This document shows positions 55,511-64,000 of a DNA stretch of 64,000 nucleotides, piece by piece. A model generated the notes under the pieces. The model was not told the origin of the DNA and searched no databases. It saw only the letters and a list, made by a program, of their open reading frames with translations. The stretch's first letter is position 1; every line of letters begins with the position of its first letter. The stretch is from Octopus vulgaris (Eukaryota), in assembly GCA_951406725.2 (NCBI GenBank), contig OX597814.1, positions 63,178,001 through 63,242,000 on the forward strand, read 5' to 3'. A program made the translations under genes and the position numbers.

Positions 55511-57414
55511 CGTAACAGTCACTAATATAGGCAAAAAACCAACAAGTTTTAGGGTTTGTTTTGAGACGATATCAACGACTAAAATAATATGTTTAATTTT
55601 TACAGACTTTGACAGGATGGAAAGCAAAGATGACCTCAATTACATTTGAAGTTATAGAAAAAAGAACGGCTAGGGATACCACTAGGATTTTTTTATCCAG
55701 AATTGTATCAACACTGCCAATTCACAGTTAAAACTGCAACTGTTGCTGCCGCTAAAAATAGCGCATTAACAACAACTATTACTACTACTACTAGAAGAAG
55801 AATTGTTTCCTAACATAAGCAATATGCATAAAAGGGGTGATGGTTGTAGTTAATTATATAGACTTCAGTATGTATACAACCACTAATCAAAAACATTATA
55901 CACCAAATTACATAATCCATAACTATCACGGTAGCAGCAGCAACTCATATAAGTTGCGTTTATACAGCTTTCCTGATATAATATATCACATCCCGTATAC
56001 TGCGTGCTCCATAGCATGTGTAAATATGTTAATGAAGCACATTGATATAGAGCCCACCGAACTAAAGAAAAAATTCTACCCATATAGTAAATCCTATCTC
56101 TCAGATCAAAGATAAAAAGATATGTGTGGCTTGAATTTTATCTTTTAAAAGTGGGAACACTAGAATATGTCGAACAATGAACCGGCTGGTGCATAAAAAA
56201 ATATACTGGCATTCGAAAAAACTGGAAAATTAGAATAAGCGACGGGACGTAACTTCTCATGAGCTGCAATTAAAATGCAACAACAAAAGTACTCTTCTGT
56301 TCTACATGTATATACTACAGTTAAAATTCACGTTTTAGACTACAATAATATTTTTGTATTCAAACTTGAGAGATACTAACCTTGTATAAACGTCATGTCT
56401 GATAAAAACAGAATTGTGAATTCAAGACGATATATTCTTAGAAAAAAGAAAATATACCTGAATATCAATATCACGAGGAGACACGATGTAATATATACAG
56501 TAAATATAGTAGATGTAGTTGTTACAAAGTAGATTACTCACACAGATCTTCTCATAGAACAATATAAAAACCCAAGTGCATGTAAAGTAAAAGCAAAACG
56601 TTGTAAAACCAAATACAACCCACTGAATAAGTTCTACAAATTACATACCCGTAACCAACATTCCTACAGCTTAGACTGTCTTAACTGCAATAATATTGCA
56701 AAAGTAAATAGGTATCTATAAAATAACCAATTTACAGAAGGAGAGTGGGGCTGCTTCAAAGATTCATATTGCTGCAAATTTCAATTAATGATCAATAAAG
56801 CCTAACCGAAGCGTGTAAAATGAGAAATATGTATATGGAAATGGCATGAATTGGATACTAGCAGACCTCTGATATCATGCCCTATATGTACATCATAGAT
56901 ATATTGGTCAAGTGTAAGGTAATAAAAATGACATACAATGTTAAACATATTATCAGTGAATAGAAAACGATTCTCGAGATACAGACAAAAGGTGTAATAA
57001 CAATAAAAAATTCCATTCTGTATCAGAAGATGATTATTCGAAGAGAAGCTACTCTTCTTTCTATTCTAGCTTTAGTACGTTTAAGCAGTATGTTAAATAA
57101 AAAAAAATGCTATGAGAAGACAATTAATAATCGTATATGTATTTACAACTAAGTTGTACGTTGCAATTGATAAACAACAAAAGCACTGTTACAGATTTAC
57201 TCCGAGAATTGATATAAAATTCGAAATAGGAAAATACGCTAAGGCAAACTTGGGGAGACATAAGTGAATTAGACTAACAAATACTTAGAAATCTATGACA
57301 AGACAAACTAAAATGTTCACGGATGAAAAATTTTGGGTAGGCAATATTTAGACATATTTGATTAAATGCAAAAAATAGGGTAATAGGTATTAAGACTCTA
57401 GCTAGCACGTAAGA

Positions 57415-57482
<68 letters not shown>

Positions 57483-57599
57483 AAAATAATAATGATACTT
57501 TAAAAAAACGGTTAAATAAAGAATTAAAATTAGAATACACCACCAAATATTCTGTATTTGTCAAGACTATAGATTGGTGCAGAATACACATTTGGTTGA

Positions 57600-58560
57600 A
57601 CAGACCATGCTTTTGTGATCTGTATGGTTAACCTCGACGGGAAATATAAACAAGGACCTCGAAATTGTTATTTGCTATGCAGAAACTTATGGTGATCGGA
57701 TTACCGAGCTACTCAGAAAGAATTAACGAGGTGTAGTTACTAATATATGGTAGTGCTCTTGTAAATGAAATTTTGACGAGCGTTCATGCGTGAGGAAGTT
57801 GCAGTAGAAAACATTGAGCAATGTGGCGAGTTAATAACTAATTCAGAAGACTTTTAAAAATGACATCTCAGCCAAAATGGTAGCTGTGCAATTGCATATC
57901 ACAATTTTTTTGTTTCTCCATCGCAGGTGCTTAAGCACTAAAACCGTTCAATGAGCCCATATTAGCTGTTGACAGTCTACCAAGGATGTGTAATAAATAA
58001 TCCCAAGAGTATGAGAGTCACTCTTCAGTAATATATTTTTGTGGAGTATCACAGTTTGCGTCAAAACGTTGTGGAAGATGTTGAATGGCGAGCTGTATGT
58101 CAGACTGAGTGATAAGTGTGTAATTTGTCTTGGATGGGTTTTCCTTATAAACTTTATTGCTGCATGCTAGACATGTTCACACCTGACTTGACAGGCATCT
58201 CGGAACTAGTAACAGTCTAGGAGAATTCTGATTCGAGAATGGGTAGTAATGAAGCTGCAGAGTATGATAAGAATTGCAAAGATGTTTACGGACAAATTCA
58301 AACCTAAAATTCGATTAAACATGCGTTAAAGATTTAGACCAAGGAGCTCGCAAAGGCATCGTGGCTTATCACTTATGTCGTCGTTGAGACCATACACCCC
58401 ACTGAATAATCTTGCCTAAAGCTATCTCCGCCAATCTCTATACCGTACTTGTATAATAAAGCTATGTTCGCTTCCAAATTTTGTTTGCGTAGAGCAAAAT
58501 AAATATATAATGCAGTCAAACATTTGTAGCAGGAAGAAGCGCTGCGTGTGGACGGTCTGA
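57600..58560 (+). mobile_element. Possible very old RLE-type (CRE-like) LINE relic
   Basis: Scattered frame-broken similarity only (QGPRNCY, GSAL, KASWL-like), in the order expected for CRE elements. Confidence 0.25.
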
Positions 58561-59352
58561 AGGGCTATATTGTGCAATAATAATAGCTGTTCACTGTGGC
58601 AGTAAAAATACTGTTTAGTATCATGTATTGGGTTAGTCAAGACATTCCTTGTCATCGCCTCTTGACATAACCACGGATGCTGCTGGAGTCATTTTCTTTC
58701 AGTCATTTGTCAATATGACACGAATGGAAGCTTTTGTTGTTCTTGTTTTTCCCGAGGACATTAAATTTGTATGTTTTACTTGTGAGATGTTTACAGGCTA
58801 GAATTATAATCAAGTAACGATAACCACATTGCAGCTACACGTTATTCGCAAAACAACATATTGCATTTGTTCTTAATATTTCTTTATATTTTGCAAAGCG
58901 ATGTTTTAGTTTTTTTAAATTCTCATCGTCAAGAACGTGGATTTGAAATAATACACCAAAATATTCAAGTTTCATTAATGATTAATTTTACGAAGTTAAT
59001 TTTATCCGCTCACCTTGCTGGCAAATATCGTGTTACACAGAGATACAGACAGAAAGGTTGGTGATTACACACGCAGACAAAGACACTCAAACGCAAACAC
59101 ACAATGAAAAAACAAGCGAACTTACACACAAGCGAAAGACATTTTTTAAATGTGGAAAATTAGTGTTTGAACTACCAATAAAAGTAATTAGGATGCTTGT
59201 TGACAAAATGCAAGTTCATTTTCTGTATAATTAAGTCTAAATCATAAAGCCTAAAATGAAAGGATCGCATTCTTACTAAATGATATAGAACATCATTAAT
59301 GATATTTGCACATTAAGTGACTCGCGCACACACAAACAAATATACACACGCA

Positions 59353-59405
<53 letters not shown>

Positions 59406-60927
59406 ATATGTGTGTGTGTGTGTGTGTATGTGTGTGCGTGTGTGTATGTATCTGCATATGCATATATCTCTTGGAGAAAGAAGCACATAGAATCTCAACT
59501 TCACTGCTTCCCATCTTACGCTATAGCAACTCTGAAGGCGCAGTTAAAAACTGACGGTGTATGTGAATACTGGAGGTGGGTGTTTGCAGGAACCATTATT
59601 GGGTGCTGCATTCTACTGGAAAAGTGGGTTAATATATTTATAACCATGATTTATATATAACAAATATGATCTTTATTAACAGAATGCCACTTTTAATTTC
59701 TCTATTGGCAGATGATATTTTGTTTGGTGGCCGCATACAATTTCATTTTCTTCTTAGTTTTGCACAGCTTATTTGTTATTTCGGAATATATTTTGGAGCA
59801 AATACAAATTTTAGTAAAACAATTGATTGTTGTTCTTTATTTGTTGATTCGAAGTTTGCTGTTTTTGTTCTTAAATTAAATAGCAACATTATAAAGAATC
59901 TGATATAATTATTCTCATAACTTAAACGGCAACAGCAACAGTAGTGCCAGCAAAAACATCAGCACAATAATCAGCAACAGCACAAAATAATTGATAGTTA
60001 TACAAAAAATATGCGCATGACAAACAAGTTGGCCATATGACAACGGAAATTTCTTTTCCGTGTCATAAGATATCGTTTGACAAAATCAATGTCACACGCT
60101 ATTAACGATGATCGTCATCATGAGATTTCTTATTTATCAAATTTTCAGAGAGAGGACAAATTTAAACCGATGAAAACCGATTAAATATTATCAAAGACTA
60201 ATATTTTAATGGTCTATGTCTTCATTTCATAGCACTTGTAGTCTACCACAAAAATTAATACCATTATAAACTAACTTCCTAGGAAATAAATTATTTAAAT
60301 TTGTAACCAAGAAGATTAAATGATAGACTAGGAATATGTTATTATATAATAATAGCTAGAAACATCGCTATGAAATCAGAACCATAACTAGCGAATATGA
60401 AGGATCTACACATATTACGTTAAAGATATCCGTTAGGTTATTTCCGTTCATTAATGATTATTGTTTTTATTGAATTTTTCCGTTCTCCATTACAATCCTA
60501 AAAGCACAAAATGTTTTTCAACACACCTTTGAATTTTATGTTAATAATAATAATAATGATTAATACTCATCATAACAATGTAATTGCATTCTCTTAAATA
60601 ATGTAGTAAAGTATTCCTAGTTAAATCAATGACTGTAAAGAGATTGATTTAATTTTTCATCAACAACAACTCTACAAACACCAAATGTTTTTCTATATCG
60701 TGTAAATGAGAGATATTAAGTATAGTAAATTTCCAGTAAACATTACAGCGTAAAGTTTATAAGAATCATTTTGTCTTTTTGTTCATTTCTAAATAATCTC
60801 GAGGTATTTATTTTTACGAGCCATCCCATAATTAATCTAAATATATAATGTAATAATTTATTCATGTTTACATATTTAAACAGGAAACAGGCTTTAGTTA
60901 AACTGACTAAGCTTTTAACATTGCTCT

Positions 60928-61127
60928 CAAATTTTGGCATAAGGCCAGCACATTTGGGGGACGGATAACATCAACCCCAGTGGTAAACTGGTACTAAATT
61001 TATCGACTCCAAAAGGATGAAAGGCAAATCAGTTTCGGTGGAATTTGAACTCAGAACTTAAAGGTGGATGAAAGTCCGCTAAGCATTTTGCTTGGCGTGG
61101 TAACGATTCTGCCAGTTCCCCGCCTTA
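60928..61127 (-). mobile_element. Family-1 SINE
   Basis: TTTATCGACTCCAAAAGGATGAAAGGCAAA core, GAATTTGAACTCAGAAC B-box segment, head ending CCGCCTT. Confidence 0.85.
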
Positions 61128-62623
61128 CTAGTCTTTTAACATTACTTTACTTTTGTTACTAAATAATAGTATTTTTTATTCTATAATAATATCAATATTG
61201 TGGTTATCCCCCAAAAGTGAAAAAGATAAGTGCTGGGAACACTAATGAAAATAGTTATTTAGAGTTTGGAATTGTTGCAACTATTAATAGTGGACAGTTA
61301 TCATGTATTCATAATAAGAAAAACTTAAACGATGGAACGAACCTACAAAGAACGATTAACTATTTAATAACAAGATATACGGAAAATGTAAAAATGGACG
61401 TAAGCTGCTTCCAAGATTCAAAAAAATTTACAAACAAAATCTCAATTGATGAGTTTATGGAAAACAATTAATCAACTATACAAAAAGAATTTTACAAAAT
61501 ATCAAAATCTGTCCACAAAATTCCAAAATCTGTCTGCAAACGTGGAAATCTTAACGTTGTGAGAACATGTTTTAACGTACAAATATAAATTATATATACT
61601 ATGAAAGGCTCTCGTCAAGTTTATATAATGTGTCTAAGTCCAAACTTTGACTATATCGAGAATTTTCTGATTAGATGCATTATTTTCAAAGTTTGGAAAT
61701 ATTGGGGGCTAAAACTTTTTTTCTGCTGGCACTTGATAACATCACGATGCCAAATTTTGTTCCATTTCAAGAGAAGTCGTTACTAGTTACTTTTGAAATC
61801 TTCTTTCAATAGTAAAATGCCTTATTGGGCACAGCTCATGTCTTACTCGGAACATTTTCAATTCAAAGTGTTGTTGTATTTTTCGTATGATGGAACTTGC
61901 TTTTCCTTATATATATATATATATATATATACACGTAAGTCTGTATGCATATGTGAGTGTTTGTATGCACATATGCATAGTGTTAGACAGAGAGAAAGAG
62001 CGCAATGACTGAGTGAGAGAGCGAAGGAAATTCAACGCATAATATAATAAGAAACGTGCAACGATAGTCGTAGTCGCATATGACAGATAAACTGCAATGG
62101 TTTCTTCAGTTAGACATGAATCCTAGTAAATGTAGATGTGATAACGAAAGGCATTTCGATTTCATAACTTTTCAAAATACTTGGTAGCATATATGAATGG
62201 AGACACATTTAACAGTGTAGAGAAATTCGCGACATTCTAAATCACAATACGTAAAGATAATGTTTAATACTAAATAAATGAAGAAATAAAACAGAATCTT
62301 AAGAGATGCTAGAAAACATTTTAGATAATTTTCCGTGTTGTTTACTTGTGTAAAAGGGAACCAGTATTATAGTATTATAAAGTCATAGTTGACAAAATTC
62401 ATTGTAAATTTGTTGCCTAATTATATATGACCGTTGGCATTTAAATTAAGATTAATGCCGAATTTCACTGTGCCATACTATAACATAAAATAGCATACCA
62501 TTGCATACCAACATACATACATATTTGTGTGGGTGTATATATATATATATATGTATATATATATGATATATATGTATATATATATGTGATATATATGTAT
62601 ATATGTATGTATGTATGTATGTA

Positions 62624-62653
62624 TGAAGTGATCAGGTAATATATATGTATGTA

Positions 62654-62733
<80 letters not shown>

Positions 62734-62763
62734 TACATACATATATATTACCTGATCACTTCA
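62624..62763. repeat. Perfect 140-bp palindrome centred on (AT)37
   Basis: TGAAGTGATCAGGTAATATATATGTATGTATGC-(AT)n-GCATACATACATATATATTACCTGATCACTTCA. Confidence 0.93.
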
Positions 62764-63012
62764 CCGACCAGACTTTCAGATGATGTTACACATCGCAGCT
62801 CACTTGGAATTTTGCATCGTTTTAGCCGTCAAATGACACCACACTGTTGGCTAGGTGAGCAGGACAACATTCACGCTTGATAGAAAGGAGGATTGGAGCA
62901 ACATAAAATGAAATATTTTGCTCAAGAAATCATCACACCGCTCGGTCTGGGAATGGAACCCATAATCTAGTAACCACGAGTGCAACGGCCTAACCACAAG
63001 GCCATATACCGT
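62755..63012 (-). mobile_element. tRNA-derived SINE related to family 3
   Basis: Minus-strand head ATGGCCTTGTGGTTAGG...GGTTCCATTCCCAGACC resembles 30497-30555. Its tail (CGACCAGACTTTCAGATG..TACACATCGC on +) matches 14657-14720 in the opposite orientation. Confidence 0.65.
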
Positions 63013-63094
63013 CAGACACACACATGTATATATATAAACTCAGAGTAACAGATTTTGTTGAATTTTCTGCTGCTTTAAATAAAGTATATATATA

Positions 63095-63275
63095 GCGATT
63101 TTTTCCCCTGTCTTCCTTTCTCGGGATCTTTCCTTCTCCTATGTTTCCGACGAAGAGCCCCGCTCGAAACGTCAAACCCTCCTTCTTCCCTTCTTTCCTG
63201 AGCGTCCAATAATACTTTATTTGTTCCACGTCCTTGCGTTGTTGTTTTCTTGTTTTTGTTGTCTTGTTTGGATTA

Positions 63276-63280
<5 letters not shown>
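63095..63280 (+). mobile_element. ~186-bp HHR-bearing mini-element between (TA)n tracts
   Basis: TA tracts at 63085-63094 and from 63281. Same layout and downstream motifs as 36220-36433. Confidence 0.7.
63143..63177 (+). ncRNA. Minimal hammerhead-like motif (variant core)
   Basis: GTTT-CCGACGA-A-GAGC-CCC-GCTC-GAAA-C-GTC-AAAC. Stems I and II pair. U4C core variant, one extra A, GUC site. Confidence 0.62.
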
Positions 63281-63326
<46 letters not shown>

Positions 63327-63894
63327 TATATATATATGTATGTATATATATATATAAATATATATATGCATATATATGTGTGTTGTATTTATTTGAAATG
63401 GAACTTTTAAGAGTTATACGTTCTGCTTACGATTTAAGGAATTTGGAGTTGGTATACACAATGCAGGAAGCATTACAGAGCTATTCAGGAATGACAATCC
63501 AGTGTGCAATTGTAGCAATAGTAAACACAAGTTTTATTTTAAGTGTTTAGGGCGGATGAAGTTATATCCTAACCCAATCAACAATTGCTCAGGCCTCGCA
63601 TTACATTACAAATTAATGAAATAATCTGAAAATTTGATAGAGGTAGTTGTAGGAAAATAATATTGTTTAAGATATGTTTCACAAACTCCCACTGCATGAA
63701 ATATCATTATGTTTTACGTAATAGATTTTACAGTTGACCACAAACAATGTTGAAGCAAGGCACGAAATAAAGCGTTATGCTTTACGTAATCTGACGTGCT
63801 ATATGTACTGTTGCGTTGCTAATATCACATCTGTATTGTAGAAAATGAAGGAAGACAACTGCGATGTTCTTAGCGTTTCATAAAGTAATTAATC

Positions 63895-64000
63895 TCGAGC
63901 GAAAGCATCCAGCTAGCAAACTTGTTTTCATGCTGCACAAAATGTTTAGCGGCATTCCTTCCGGTTTTACGTTTCGAATTCAACGTCGAGTTTGCTTTTC
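63895..64000 (+). mobile_element. Degenerate family-1 SINE head, cut by the window end
   Basis: ...CACAAAATGTTTAGCGGCATTCCTTCCGGTTTTACGTTTCGAATTCAACGTCGAGTTTGCTTTTC. Confidence 0.55.

Overview
AT-rich eukaryotic non-coding DNA made almost entirely of transposon relics and microsatellites. The SINE families and repeat landscape suggest an octopus/cephalopod genome, but that is an inference. I recognise no intact host gene or exon, and most ORFs in the supplied track are microsatellite translations or TE fragments. Identifiable parts: several R4/Dong-clade LINE fragments (one inside a (TAA)n array); Tx1/L1, CR1-group, RTE and Penelope fragments; two decayed Gypsy LTR elements of one family; three mariner copies (one near full length with TIRs and a TA TSD); two non-autonomous Helitrons; about 20 tRNA-derived SINEs; and a 5S rRNA fragment. 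The most notable signal is six hammerhead-ribozyme (HHR) motifs on both strands, carried by short non-coding elements next to (TA)n tracts and inverted duplications. The 5.9-7.0 kb locus has three of them, an interleaved A-B-A'-B' inversion implying a permuted ~406-bp unit, and a perfect 34-bp palindrome. This looks like a Penelope pLTR/retrozyme-type self-cleaving, possibly circular RNA system. All structures were read by eye and none has been computed.
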